From an uncultured Clostridia bacterium (GTDB lineage: Bacteria; Bacillota; Clostridia; TANB77; CAG-508), in contig CAKPJR010000001.1 in the NCBI GenBank assembly GCA_934162925.1, positions 1 through 34,970 of the forward strand: a stretch of DNA of 34,970 nucleotides, read 5' to 3'. Below, in pieces: positions 8,206 to 18,026 of this stretch (within the stretch, counting starts at the first letter, position 1; every line of letters begins with the position of its first letter). Below the pieces are notes generated by a model. That model ran no database searches. It saw only the letters and a program-made list of their open reading frames with translations, and was not told the origin of the DNA. Made by a program: the position numbers and the translations under genes.

Positions 8206-9564
8206 CTAACAGTATATTTCTAATTGTTGTTTGAAGAATTTATTGCCTTTGGATGTAAATAAGTTTAAATTGTTATTTTTATTTAATATTTTACGAACTT
8301 CCCATAAGCCTAATCCATGACTTTTATTATCTTCTTCAACTTTAGAAGTATAACCTTTTTCAAAAATTCTATCTGTATCTACATTTTTATTAGAATAAGT
8401 ATTTTCTATTACAAATAATTGTCTATTTGCTTTATTATCTTTACGGATAGTAATATTTATAATTTTTTCTTCACATTTATTACTTGCTTCTATAGCATTA
8501 TCTAAAAGTATTCCTAAAATTCTACTTAAATCATATGTTTTTATGTTTAAAGTTGTTAAATCTAAAAATACCTCAAAGTTCATTTTAATATTTAATTCAT
8601 CAGCTTTGTGATATTTTGAAGTAAGTAAACTGTATACTGCAGGATTATTTATAAGTTCTGGATTAAGTACCGCTAAGTTATTAACCTTTTTGCAATCTTC
8701 CATTAAACCAGAATAATAATCTTTTAAGCCTTCCATATTATTAGTAGAAATATATCCACCTATGGCTTGAACAATATTATTAAAATCATGTTTAAAGCCC
8801 CTGATGTTATCATAAAGAATAGTTAAAGTTTTATTATACAACCTTTCTTCTTCTAAACTTTGAGTTGTTACTTCTAACTTACTTGTTCTAGATAAGGTGT
8901 ATATGCTAATAATAAAATAAATTAAAAGTATTAGGACTGAAGCAAAAGTAATATGAAAAGGTAAATAATCATTATAAAATCTTGCAAGGTATGATTGTAT
9001 GCAAACAGCAACTATACCTATTGAAAAATTTAATAGTAAAATTCTAGAACTTGCATCACCAAACTTTTCAACTACATTGATATTTATATTGTGCTTTTTA
9101 AAAAACAAGTAAATAAAATATGCACAAGAATACATCAAAATAGAAAATAAAAATTTATGAATTGGTACAATAACAAAACTATTTGTTGGAATGCCAGAAA
9201 TTATTGTATATACATTTACTAATATTGAACCAAGCAAAACAAAGACTACATAAGGTATGATTTCAGCTAAGATAGATTTTAATATATTTGTTTTAAATAT
9301 AAAGTAAACTAATACCGGACAAGCTATTAAATTTATAAAAGTATTATATGGAGTTGGAATAAGCCATAAATTAATAAACCCAATAAATGAAAGGATAGAA
9401 ATATATATAATTTTTTGCTTTTTAGTAGATTTAATATTTAGTATTTCTGTAAAGAGTAGCATAGAAACTGTAAGTTCAAGTACTAACATAGGAATGCTGA
9501 TAATCCTAATACAAGTTTCATTCTCCGTTGTTAATGCTGTCCAAATCGTTTGTAAAATTTCCAT
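8206..9564 (-). CDS. agrC: AgrC-like (HPK10) membrane sensor histidine kinase
   Basis: Six to seven N-terminal TM helices, an H-box (RGFKHDFNN) and GHKL motifs (LLDNAIEA, GLGLWEVR). Start placed at MEILQ, which has GGAGG 9 nt upstream. Confidence 0.75.
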   Translation of the reverse strand: MEILQTIWTALTTENETCIRIISIPMLVLELTVSMLLFTEILNIKSTKKQKIIYISILSFIGFINLWLIPTPYNTFINLIACPVLVYFIFKTNILKSILAEIIPYVVFVLLGSILVNVYTIISGIPTNSFVIVPIHKFLFSILMYSCAYFIYLFFKKHNININVVEKFGDASSRILLLNFSIGIVAVCIQSYLARFYNDYLPFHITFASVLILLIYFIISIYTLSRTSKLEVTTQSLEEERLYNKTLTILYDNIRGFKHDFNNIVQAIGGYISTNNMEGLKDYYSGLMEDCKKVNNLAVLNPELINNPAVYSLLTSKYHKADELNIKMNFEVFLDLTTLNIKTYDLSRILGILLDNAIEASNKCEEKIINITIRKDNKANRQLFVIENTYSNKNVDTDRIFEKGYTSKVEEDNKSHGLGLWEVRKILNKNNNLNLFTSKGNKFFKQQLEIYC

Positions 9565-10258
9565 TTTTAAAAACCTCCAAAATGTTATTTTTATATTTAG
9601 CTCCGATAGAGCAATAATTATCATGAGGAAACAATATAGTATTTTTACTAGAATTAATATCAGAAATATTTTTTACATTAACTATATATGACTTATGACA
9701 TCTAACGAAATTTTCTGGTAGACAATTTTCAATCTTATTAAAAGAACTATACGTTTCATAGGTACGAGAATTAGTACAAAAAACCAATTTCATACCATCT
9801 TTTTTTATGTAGTTTATTTCATCCTGATTAATTATAGTCTTATTATTATTTAGTCTAATAAACTTAGAAGGAGTCCTTTTTATATCATCAATAAGCCTTA
9901 AGATAGTTTCCTCTAATCTCTCGTCAACTAAAGGCTTAGGTAAATAATCAAAAGTTTTAAATTTGTAAGCAACTAAAGCATATTCTAAGTGACCAGTAGT
10001 AAAAATTATATAAACATCTTTGTTTTTCTTTCTAACCATATTTGCTGTATCGCAACCAGTTAACTCGGATTTTAAATTTATATCTAGGATTAAGACATCC
10101 ACTTTATTGTGTTCAACATAATTAATTACGTCATATCCATTTAAGGATTGTAAAACAATTTGGGCGTCAATGTCATGATTAATAAAAATTGCCTCTAGCA
10201 TTTTTGAAAGCCTATCCAATACAGCAGGATTATCGTCGCAAATAACAAAATTTAACAT
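9518..10258 (-). CDS. agrA: LytTR-family response regulator (AgrA-like)
   Basis: REC domain (FVICDDN, ILDINL) plus a C-terminal LytTR domain (CHKSYIVN). Start placed at MLNFV, which has AGGAGG upstream. The 3' end overlaps the kinase start by 47 nt. Confidence 0.8.
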   Translation of the reverse strand: MLNFVICDDNPAVLDRLSKMLEAIFINHDIDAQIVLQSLNGYDVINYVEHNKVDVLILDINLKSELTGCDTANMVRKKNKDVYIIFTTGHLEYALVAYKFKTFDYLPKPLVDERLEETILRLIDDIKRTPSKFIRLNNNKTIINQDEINYIKKDGMKLVFCTNSRTYETYSSFNKIENCLPENFVRCHKSYIVNVKNISDINSSKNTILFPHDNYCSIGAKYKNNILEVFKNGNFTNDLDSINNGE

Positions 10259-10599
10259 ATTTCCTCCTATATTTTTATCTTTAGAAAAATACAATAAAAT
10301 TATTTTAAATAAAACGACAAAGTCGTTAGAAGTGCTCTGGAGTTTATAAGTTTGTAATAGATAACTTTATAAAACAAAATTCACCATATAAAAATAAAAT
10401 TCCTTATTTTTCCAGAACAATTTTAATATAATGCAAAAAGAAAATAATGTCAATATAAAAAGATAAATTTGGAATTCATAAGTAATTATTTATTTATAAG
10501 TAAAAGAAAGGCAAAATAATATGTAATAAAAATTGATTAAATTCATAATATTAAAAGAGAAATAACAAAAAGTAATTAGGTTAAATATAGGAGGAATGC

Positions 10600-11415
10600 A
10601 TGGATTCTAGGAAGATAATATATACATTAATAATAATTATAATATTTATATTTACATTTAGTATAGTTTCAATTAATAAAGAAACGAAAGAAAATGTAAT
10701 AACTACAAGCTCTAATGCAACACTGTCTAATAAAAAAATAGGATGGGGAATAAAAAGAAATGACAACCATAATCAACCAGACTTGGGAAGTAACAATAAG
10801 AGTTTACTAGATAAATACGAAGGAATAGCAATGGGAAATGACACAGACAAGTATGTATATTTAACATTTGATGAAGGATATGAAGCAGGTTATACTGCAA
10901 AATTGCTAGATATATTAAAGGAAAATGAAGTAAAAGCTGCGTTTTTTATAACAGGTCATTACTTAAACTCTCAAAGCGATTTGGTAAAAAGAATGATTGA
11001 TGAAGGCCATATAGTGGGAAATCATACAGTAAACCATAAGAGTATGCCAGACTTAGATGACAATAAAATAAAAGAAGAAATTATAAATTTACATACAACA
11101 GTATATGAGAAATTTAATTATGAAATGAAATATATAAGACCACCAATGGGAGAATATAGCGAAAGAACTTTAGAAATTACAAAAAGTTTAGGATATACAA
11201 CAGCAATGTGGAGCATGGCATATGATGATTGGGATGAAAACAAACAAGGAAGAGAAGAATACGGAAAAAATAAAGTCTTATCAAATGTTCATAATGGTGC
11301 AGTAATACTTTTACATGCCAATTCAGTAGATAATAGCAACATATTAGATTCATGCATTAAAGAAATAAAAAATATGGGATATGAATTCAAAACTTTAGAT
11401 GAATTTAAAAGATAA
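10600..11415 (+). CDS. pdaA: Polysaccharide deacetylase, PdaA-like delta-lactam-biosynthetic de-N-acetylase
   Basis: Signal/anchor helix followed by NodB motifs (YLTFDEGYE, GHIVGNHTVNH, ILLHAN). Confidence 0.7.
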   Translation: MDSRKIIYTLIIIIIFIFTFSIVSINKETKENVITTSSNATLSNKKIGWGIKRNDNHNQPDLGSNNKSLLDKYEGIAMGNDTDKYVYLTFDEGYEAGYTAKLLDILKENEVKAAFFITGHYLNSQSDLVKRMIDEGHIVGNHTVNHKSMPDLDDNKIKEEIINLHTTVYEKFNYEMKYIRPPMGEYSERTLEITKSLGYTTAMWSMAYDDWDENKQGREEYGKNKVLSNVHNGAVILLHANSVDNSNILDSCIKEIKNMGYEFKTLDEFKR

Positions 11416-11433
11416 ATTGGAATTTGTAAAATA

Positions 11434-11572
11434 GATGTGTGAAGTGCGAAGTTGGATTCGTAGGGGCGTATTGCATACGCCCGAAAACAAATTTATTATA
11501 AAAACCGTAGGGGTTACCGCCCTCGGCAACCCGAAGTGTGCCATACACCTCCCACATCACACCTCTCACATC
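11434..11572. other. GC-rich structured intergenic element of unknown class
   Basis: Two GC-rich hairpins (gggcgtat/atacgccc at 11464-11482; gggttaccg/cggcaaccc at 11511-11532) are bracketed by pairing ends gatgtg...cacatc. By eye the local GC is about twice the background. Confidence 0.4.
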
Positions 11573-11595
11573 AATAAAACTAAAGGAGAGATAAC

Positions 11596-11886
11596 ATGAA
11601 AAATAAGAGAAATACAAGATTTGCAAATAAGGTAAATAAAATATTAGAAGTTCCAAGAGAAATAACTGAAAATTCTCCTAAATTTACAATAATAGGCTTT
11701 GATGAAATGCTAATTGAAAATTATAAAGGAATTTTAGAATACGAAGAATTTTATATAAAAATAAAAACAGAAATTGGAAATATAAACATAAATGGATTCA
11801 ACTTAAGTTTAGAGCAAGTAACTGAAGACGATATATCCGTTAAAGGAAAAATAGAAAGCATAAGTATAGAAAGAATTCTGGGATAA
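11596..11886 (+). CDS. yqfC: Sporulation protein YqfC (YabP/YqfC family)
   Basis: 96 aa with the IIGFDEMLIENYKGILEYEE pattern, directly upstream of yqfD. Confidence 0.8.
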   Translation: MKNKRNTRFANKVNKILEVPREITENSPKFTIIGFDEMLIENYKGILEYEEFYIKIKTEIGNININGFNLSLEQVTEDDISVKGKIESISIERILG

Positions 11887-11919
11887 ACGAAAAAATTTAC
11901 GAAATGGAGGAAAACAAAA

Positions 11920-13104
11920 TTGTTCCTAAAAATTTGGCTAAATTATATAATTGGGTATGTAAATATAAAAGTAGAAGGATATTTTTTAGAGAGATTTATA
12001 AATATATGTATAAGTAAAAAGATACTTTTATGGAATATAAAAAGAAAAAAAGCGAGTTTATTATATGCTAATATTAGTGTAAGTGATTACAAAAAACTAA
12101 AAGAGATAGCAAGAAAAACTAGAACTAGAGTAAAAATAGAGTCTAAAAAGGGAATTCCATTTATATTACATAGATATAGAAAAAGAAAAATATTTGTAGT
12201 TCTATTAGCAATAGTAATAGTGGGACTAGTAGCAACGTCGAATTTTATATGGAATATAGAAGTTAAGGGAAATACAATAATACCAAAAGAAGAAATAATA
12301 GAAGAACTAAGTAAACAAGGCTTGAAAATAGGAACAAATAAAAACAAAATAAATACAAGTTTAATAATAAATAAAGTAAGATTAGATAGAGAAGATATTG
12401 CGTGGATAGGAATAAACCTAAAAGGAACAAATGCAATAATAGAAATTAAGGAGGCAGACAAAGCACCCGAGATAGTTAATGAGAGTGAATATTGCAATAT
12501 TGTATCAAACAAAACAGCAATGATAACAAAAATTAATGTACAAAACGGAACAGCTAATGTAAAGGAAGGAGACATTGTAAAAGAAGGAGATGTGCTAGTA
12601 AACGGCTACTTAGAAGGATTATATACTGGAATTAGATATGTACATGCAAAAGCAGATATAGAAGCAAAGGTATGGTATTCAAAAAAAGAAAAATTTTATT
12701 ATAATCAGCAAATCCAAGTTCCCTCAGGTGCTACGGAAGAAAAGTATACATTAAATATAAATAATTTTAAAATAAATTTTTATAAAACCCTTTCAAAATT
12801 TGAAAAATATGATACAATAAATGAAAATAAAAAATTAATGTTATTTTCTAATTTTTATTTACCGATTGAACTTATAAAAACAACAAATTGTGAATATGAA
12901 GATCAAGATGTAACATATACGGAAGAAGAACTTAGAAGCAAAGGAACAGAAGAATTAACAAATGAACTGGAAAATGAAATAGAATGCAAAGAAAACATTG
13001 TAAATAAACAAGTTAATATATACGGAAATACAGAATACATAGAAGTTGAAGTCATATATGAAGTGCTTGAAAATATCGGTATTAAAGACAAAATATTATT
13101 TTAA
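11920..13104 (+). CDS. yqfD: Sporulation protein YqfD (TTG start)
   Basis: 394 aa with a single mid-protein TM helix and the typical YqfD N-terminus (GYVNIKVEGYFLERFIN). Confidence 0.8.
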   Translation: MFLKIWLNYIIGYVNIKVEGYFLERFINICISKKILLWNIKRKKASLLYANISVSDYKKLKEIARKTRTRVKIESKKGIPFILHRYRKRKIFVVLLAIVIVGLVATSNFIWNIEVKGNTIIPKEEIIEELSKQGLKIGTNKNKINTSLIINKVRLDREDIAWIGINLKGTNAIIEIKEADKAPEIVNESEYCNIVSNKTAMITKINVQNGTANVKEGDIVKEGDVLVNGYLEGLYTGIRYVHAKADIEAKVWYSKKEKFYYNQQIQVPSGATEEKYTLNINNFKINFYKTLSKFEKYDTINENKKLMLFSNFYLPIELIKTTNCEYEDQDVTYTEEELRSKGTEELTNELENEIECKENIVNKQVNIYGNTEYIEVEVIYEVLENIGIKDKILF

Positions 13105-13120
13105 AGGGATAGGTGATATT

Positions 13121-14345
13121 ATGGAACAAAAGAGCCTAAGGGTTTTAGACACAAACAAAACATTTTTTTCAAAAATAACTAGTACTATTACGAAAATGCT
13201 TATACCAACAAAACTAAGTCTTAATAGCATGATGATTTCAATCAAAAGAAACAATCTAATAAAGGCATATACAAATTATAGCCTAGCAGTAGAGGAAAAT
13301 GATATAGACAAAAAAGAAGTATTACTAAAAAAATATGAAGAACTTTATAGTTTATATCTTGAAGCTATAGATAAATATATAATAGATTCTGTTTATAAAA
13401 AAGTAAAAAATCGGAACAGCTTCATCTTTTGAGAAAGAAGCGTTGAGTAAATATTATTTTGTTGTAAGTTTAAAGGAAAAACAATATTTAGAGTATAAAT
13501 ATAGAAAACAAGAATATTTGTTAAAAGTAGATTATGAATCAGTAACAAATTTAAAAAAAGAAAGTATAATAGAAAAATACAACAAATTTTATACTGCAAA
13601 AATGGATACTTTATACAAAGGATTGCTAAAAAATTATTCTATACAACTAGCAGATACAGTTTCTAGCAAATTAGATTCTATAGACAGTACTTATAACAAA
13701 ATATTTAGTACCTTAGAAACTTACATTTCTGATATTTTGCCAATAAAATTGAGAATAAGCAATAAAGAAAATTATAAAAACATAATAGAAGATTATGAAA
13801 AATATGAAAGTATGTTAGTAGGAAAGTTGGACGAAAGAGATAGAATAAGACAAAAGATGGTATTACTAGGAATAAGCAGAGAACTATTTACACATAGTCT
13901 ACCTCTAATTGCAGCAGAGCAATGCTATGAAAAACTTATAAATGATGTAAGAAATCTAATTGTGAATTCTAAAACAAAAGCAAGAAGAAATACAACATTT
14001 GAATTACTTATAGAATTGATAGAAGATTATAATATAAGGTTATTATCCACAAAGGTATATTGGGACAAGCCAATAGAAAGAGAAGAATATAAAAAATTCT
14101 GGAATAAATATAAAGAAATAAAGAAAATAGAAGATGAAAAAGAACAAAGTGAACAAAAACAAGTATTATTCCTAAAAAATGAATTAAAACAATTGAATAA
14201 AAATGAAGAGAACAATAATTTAATTATAAAATGTGTAAAACAGAAATTATTAGAGCTTGGAGCAATTAGACAAATAAAGAATAACTGTAAAACTCTAGTT
14301 GGTGACTTTAAAAAAGTTAAAGAAGATTTAAACATAACTAATTAA
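13121..14345 (+). CDS. Hypothetical coiled-coil protein, about 408 aa if read through CGG 13412 with a +1 shift
   Basis: ATG 13121 has a GGTGAT RBS. The zero frame stops 6 codons after the CGG. The +1 frame reads KVKN-G-TASSFEKEALSKYYFVVSL and runs straight into ORF 13443-14345, which otherwise lacks an ATG and an RBS. Confidence 0.5.
13412..13415 (+). other. Recoding site AAT CGG A (read as N-G)
   Basis: CGG is in the 13121 frame. The +1 frame fuses two otherwise orphan ORFs. Confidence 0.5.
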
Positions 14346-14356
14346 AAAGGAGAAAA

Positions 14357-14821
14357 ATGAAAGTAGCAGAAATAAATTTCTTAGACATAGAAGAAAATAA
14401 TGAATATATTGATATATTAAATAAAGTATTAGAAAAATGTTTTGAAGAAGAAAATCTAAATTCCAAAAACTTATACATTAACATTGTACTTACAAATCCT
14501 CAAAACATTAAAGAAATTAATAAGCAATATAGAAATATAGAGAAAGAAACGGATGTATTATCTTTTCCTATGTTTGAAAAAGAAGAAATAGAAAAACTAG
14601 ATAATAAAAATCAAGATATTTTAGGAGATATAGTTATCTCTATAGAAAAAGTAAAAGAGCAAGCAGTGGAATATGAGCATAGTTTTGAAAGAGAATTAGC
14701 ATATATGGCAGTACATGGATTTTATCATTTGATGGGGTATGATCATATGGAAGAAAATGATAAAAAAGAAATGAGAGAAAAAGAAGAGAATATATTAAAA
14801 AAATTAAATATATTAAAATAA
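14357..14821 (+). CDS. ybeY: rRNA maturation endoribonuclease YbeY
   Basis: HGFYHLMGYDH zinc motif; 154 aa. Confidence 0.9.
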   Translation: MKVAEINFLDIEENNEYIDILNKVLEKCFEEENLNSKNLYINIVLTNPQNIKEINKQYRNIEKETDVLSFPMFEKEEIEKLDNKNQDILGDIVISIEKVKEQAVEYEHSFERELAYMAVHGFYHLMGYDHMEENDKKEMREKEENILKKLNILK

Positions 14822-14844
14822 TAAGGAAGGATGATATTAAAAAA

Positions 14845-15960
14845 ATGGGAAATGGGAAAAGAACAAAAGAAGCAAACAAAAAAGGTGGAGCAAAAATATT
14901 AATTATAATTTTAGTTATTTTAATTTTAATTGCAGGTGTTTTACTAGCATTAAAATTACTAAATAAAGGACAAGTAGAAACAAATGCAAATGGGGAAATA
15001 ATAGAGGAAAAGAAAGAAGAACCAAAAGTTCAAATAGTAGATGTCAACTCAAAAACTAGACCTTATGCAGTAATGATAAACAATAATCATTCAGCATGGC
15101 CACAATGTGGACTAAAGGATGCGTACTTGGTATATGAAATAATTGCAGAAGGTGGAATTACTAGAATGATGGCATTATACAAAGATAAATTACCAGAAAA
15201 AGTAGGATCAGTTAGAAGTGCAAGACACTATTTCATAGATTATGCAGAAGAAAATGATGCAATATTCATACATTGGGGAGGAAGCCCACAAGCATATTCA
15301 AGAATAAACTCAGGAATAAATGACTTAGATGGAATAGCACTAGAAGGAACAAGTTTCTTTAGAGATAAAACATTAAAAAGAGACTACGAACATACAGGTT
15401 TTGTTAATCTAGAAAAAGCGAATAAGCAAGCACAAGAAAAAGGCTACACAAGAGACACAAACAAAGACTTGTTGTTAAACTATAGTGCAACAGAGCTTGA
15501 CTTAGCTAGCTTAGAAGGAGCGGAATCAGCTGAAGATATAACACTAAAATATTCATATTATCATACAACAAGCTATGAATATGACAAAGAAAACAAAGTA
15601 TATAAAAGATTTATGGCTGGAAAAGCAAACACAGACTTAACAACAGGAGAACAATATACAGCAAAAAACATAATAGTATATAAAGTTGGAAATAAAACTA
15701 TAAACGATGGAGAAAATAAAGGAAGACAAGATTTATTAAATACAGGAACTGGAAAAGGATACTATATTTCAGAAGGGTATGCAATTCCAATCACTTGGGA
15801 AAAATCAACACATAGTGGACAAACAATATATAAATACGAAAACGGTGAAGAAATAAAAGTAAATGATGGAAACACATTTATACAAATACTACCAACAGAA
15901 GGAACAATAACATTAGAACCAGGAGAAAAAGCAGAAACAGAGACAGAATCAGCAGCATAA
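14845..15960 (+). CDS. DUF3048 (YerB-like) membrane-anchored protein
   Basis: N-terminal TM helix followed by RPYAVMINNNHSAWPQCGL...GGITRMMALY, typical of DUF3048. Confidence 0.65.
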   Translation: MGNGKRTKEANKKGGAKILIIILVILILIAGVLLALKLLNKGQVETNANGEIIEEKKEEPKVQIVDVNSKTRPYAVMINNNHSAWPQCGLKDAYLVYEIIAEGGITRMMALYKDKLPEKVGSVRSARHYFIDYAEENDAIFIHWGGSPQAYSRINSGINDLDGIALEGTSFFRDKTLKRDYEHTGFVNLEKANKQAQEKGYTRDTNKDLLLNYSATELDLASLEGAESAEDITLKYSYYHTTSYEYDKENKVYKRFMAGKANTDLTTGEQYTAKNIIVYKVGNKTINDGENKGRQDLLNTGTGKGYYISEGYAIPITWEKSTHSGQTIYKYENGEEIKVNDGNTFIQILPTEGTITLEPGEKAETETESAA

Positions 15961-15965
15961 AAAGA

Positions 15966-16008
15966 AAAAGAGGGAAAAAGGGGACAGACCCCATTTTCCC
16001 TCTTTTTA
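15966..16008 (+). terminator. Terminator with the GGGGACAGACCCC core (third copy)
   Basis: Stem agagggaaaa / ttttccctct encloses ggggacagacccc (15980-15992) and is followed by a T-run. Confidence 0.65.
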
Positions 16009-16148
16009 CATTTTCTCTTTTTTTCTTACAAATAATATGGTAAAATGGCTTTGTCAAGTAAAAAAGGTAAATAAAAAACAATAACTCATTTACTTTTTTT
16101 TACAAAAAATTAAAATCAAAAAATATATAATGATTAAGCGAGGTAAAA

Positions 16149-17051
16149 ATGGAAAAATTTAAATCAGGATTTGTTTCAATAATAGGAAGAACAAATGTAG
16201 GAAAATCAACATTAATAAATAATCTTGTAGGAGAAAAAGTTGCAATAACAGCAAATAAAAATCAAACAACAAGGACTGCAATAAAAGCAATAGTAAATAG
16301 AGAAAATTCCCAAATTATATTTATAGATACACCAGGAATACATAAACCAAGAACAAAACTTGGAGAAACAATGAATGAAACTGCATGGGGAACAATACCA
16401 GAAACTGATATTACATTATTCATTGTAGAAGCAACATCTAGTAAAATAGGAAAAGGCGACAGTTTAATAATAGAAAAACTAAAAGAAAAAAAGACAAAAA
16501 CAATATTATTAATAAATAAAATAGATCTAATAGAAAAAGAAAAACTATTAAATTTAATTGAAACATATAGTAAAGAGTATGAATTCCAAGCAATTATACC
16601 AATATCAGCAGCAAATGGAGAAAATATAGATAAAATACTAGATGAAATAGAAAAGCACCTTCCAGAAGGACCTGCATATTATGATATAGAAGAGTATACA
16701 GACCAAACTGCCAGACAATTAGTAGAAGAAACAATTAGAGAAAAAGCCTTAAAATTGCTAGACGAAGAAGTTCCACATGGTATATTAGTAGAAGTAGAAA
16801 AAATGAAATTAAGAGAAACTACAAAAGGCGAAGAAATTTACGACATAGAAGCTACTATATATGTTTTAAAAAATTCTCATAAAGGAATTGTAATAGGCAA
16901 AAATGGAAGTATGCTAAAAAGAATTGGAACATATGCAAGACAAGATATAGAAAGAATGCTACAAACAAAAGCAAATTTAAAAATTTGGGTAAAAGTAAAA
17001 GAAAATTGGCAAGACAATAATAGCATTTTAAAAAGATTTAAAAGCGAATAA
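16149..17051 (+). CDS. era: GTPase Era
   Basis: G1 GRTNVGKST, G3 DTPG, G4 NKID and a C-terminal KH domain; 300 aa. Confidence 0.95.
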   Translation: MEKFKSGFVSIIGRTNVGKSTLINNLVGEKVAITANKNQTTRTAIKAIVNRENSQIIFIDTPGIHKPRTKLGETMNETAWGTIPETDITLFIVEATSSKIGKGDSLIIEKLKEKKTKTILLINKIDLIEKEKLLNLIETYSKEYEFQAIIPISAANGENIDKILDEIEKHLPEGPAYYDIEEYTDQTARQLVEETIREKALKLLDEEVPHGILVEVEKMKLRETTKGEEIYDIEATIYVLKNSHKGIVIGKNGSMLKRIGTYARQDIERMLQTKANLKIWVKVKENWQDNNSILKRFKSE

Positions 17052-17133
17052 AAAAAATAAATTTACAAAAGATAAAATTAAAGGTGTAAATAAAGTTGAC
17101 AAAATTTGCACAATTTATAAGGAGATGAGACTT

Positions 17134-17301
17134 ATGATAAAGCAGATAGCATGGAATACCTTTAAGAATACAGGAAATATAGATACATTTTTAGAACTAA
17201 AACAAGTAACAGAAATAGAACAAAACATAAAGGCGGAAAAAAATGAAATTATTGAAAGTAAAAGGAATAATAATAGCGGAAAAGACGGTATCAGATTTTG
17301 A
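17134..17301 (+). CDS. YqzL-like small protein (55 aa; not in the ORF track)
   Basis: MIKQIAWNTFKNTGNIDTFLELKQV... sits between era and recO as yqzL does in Bacillus. An AAGGAG RBS is present. The ORF overlaps the recO start by 59 nt. Confidence 0.5.
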   Translation: MIKQIAWNTFKNTGNIDTFLELKQVTEIEQNIKAEKNEIIESKRNNNSGKDGIRF

Positions 17302-17957
17302 TAAAATAGTTACAATATTAACTCCAAACATACGGTAAAATTGAGGCTGCAGCAAAAGGGGCAAGAAGGCCAAAAAGCTTGCTTATGGCTGCAACTCAAT
17401 TTCTGTGCTTCGGAGAATATTTACTTTACAAAAGCAGTAATTCATACAGCATAAACTCATGTGAGACAATAGAATTATTTTACAACATAAGAACAGACTT
17501 AGACAAATTAAATTATGCATCACATATTACAAAAATAATAAATGATGTAACAACAGAAAATCAAAATACATATAAAGCATTACAATTGTATTTAAATACA
17601 TTGTATATGATATCGGAAACGGAAAAAAATTTAAGTTTAATAAATTCAGTATTTACATTAAGGTTACTATCTATAATAGGATATAGACCAGTAGTAGAAG
17701 AATGCAAAAATTGCAAAACAAAAGAAAATTTGAACTATTTTAGCTTTAAGGATAGCGGGATAAAATGTGATGCATGTAGTAAACAAGATAAAGGGGCAAT
17801 GAAAATTAGTTCAACTACAAAAGATGCCTTAAGGTATATAATATATGCAGATTCTAAAAAGATTTTTTCTTTTGAAGTGCCAGAAGAAACAATAAAAGAA
17901 CTAGAAATAATTTCTAAAATATACTTAAGAGAAAAACTAGAAAAAGAATATAAATAA
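17243..17957 (+). CDS. recO: DNA repair protein RecO; needs a +1 shift at CGG 17333
   Basis: Reads MKLLKVKGIIIAEKTVSDFDKIVTILTPNI-G-KIEAAAKGARRPKSLLMAATQ..., and carries a Cys4 zinc motif (CKNCK...CDAC). In the zero frame the CGG is followed directly by TAA. Confidence 0.85.
17333..17336 (+). other. Recoding site ATA CGG T (read as I-G)
   Basis: CGG is in the 17243 frame and the next zero-frame codon is TAA. The +1 frame restores the conserved RecO GKIxxxAKGARRP motif. Confidence 0.6.
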
Positions 17958-17967
17958 AAAATATGTG

Positions 17968-17996
17968 TTGCAAAATTAATTCGCTTACGCTATAAT
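17968..17996 (+). promoter_or_regulatory. Sigma-A type promoter for hpf
   Basis: TTGCAA, a 17-nt spacer, then TATAAT. Confidence 0.6.
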
Positions 17997-18026
17997 AAAA
18001 AAAACAAATGAAAGGAAGCGATTAAT

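Noticed and set aside
9565-9624. 20-codon N-terminal extension of the kinase ORF, and the 12-codon extension of the response regulator (10259-10294)
   Set aside because: Internal ATGs at 9564 and 10258 have GGAGG/AGGAGG correctly spaced upstream. The extensions have none.
10478-10503. Direct repeat ATAAGTAA (10 nt apart) upstream of pdaA, in the divergent agrA-side intergenic region, as a possible LytTR/AgrA box
   Set aside because: 8-mers of this composition recur by chance in very AT-rich DNA. The spacing (18 nt start to start) does not match the 21-nt LytTR periodicity.
11405-11656. Minus-strand ORF (83 aa, ...GRMQYAPTNPTS...) across the GC-rich island
   Set aside because: It overlaps the yqfC start and has no RBS. 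Its sequence simply translates the hairpin repeats, so I treated the region as a non-coding element.
17096-17124. TTGACA at 17096 as a -35 box for a yqzL/recO promoter
   Set aside because: The only -10 candidate (TATAAG) follows a 15-nt spacer and overlaps the RBS, leaving essentially no leader.
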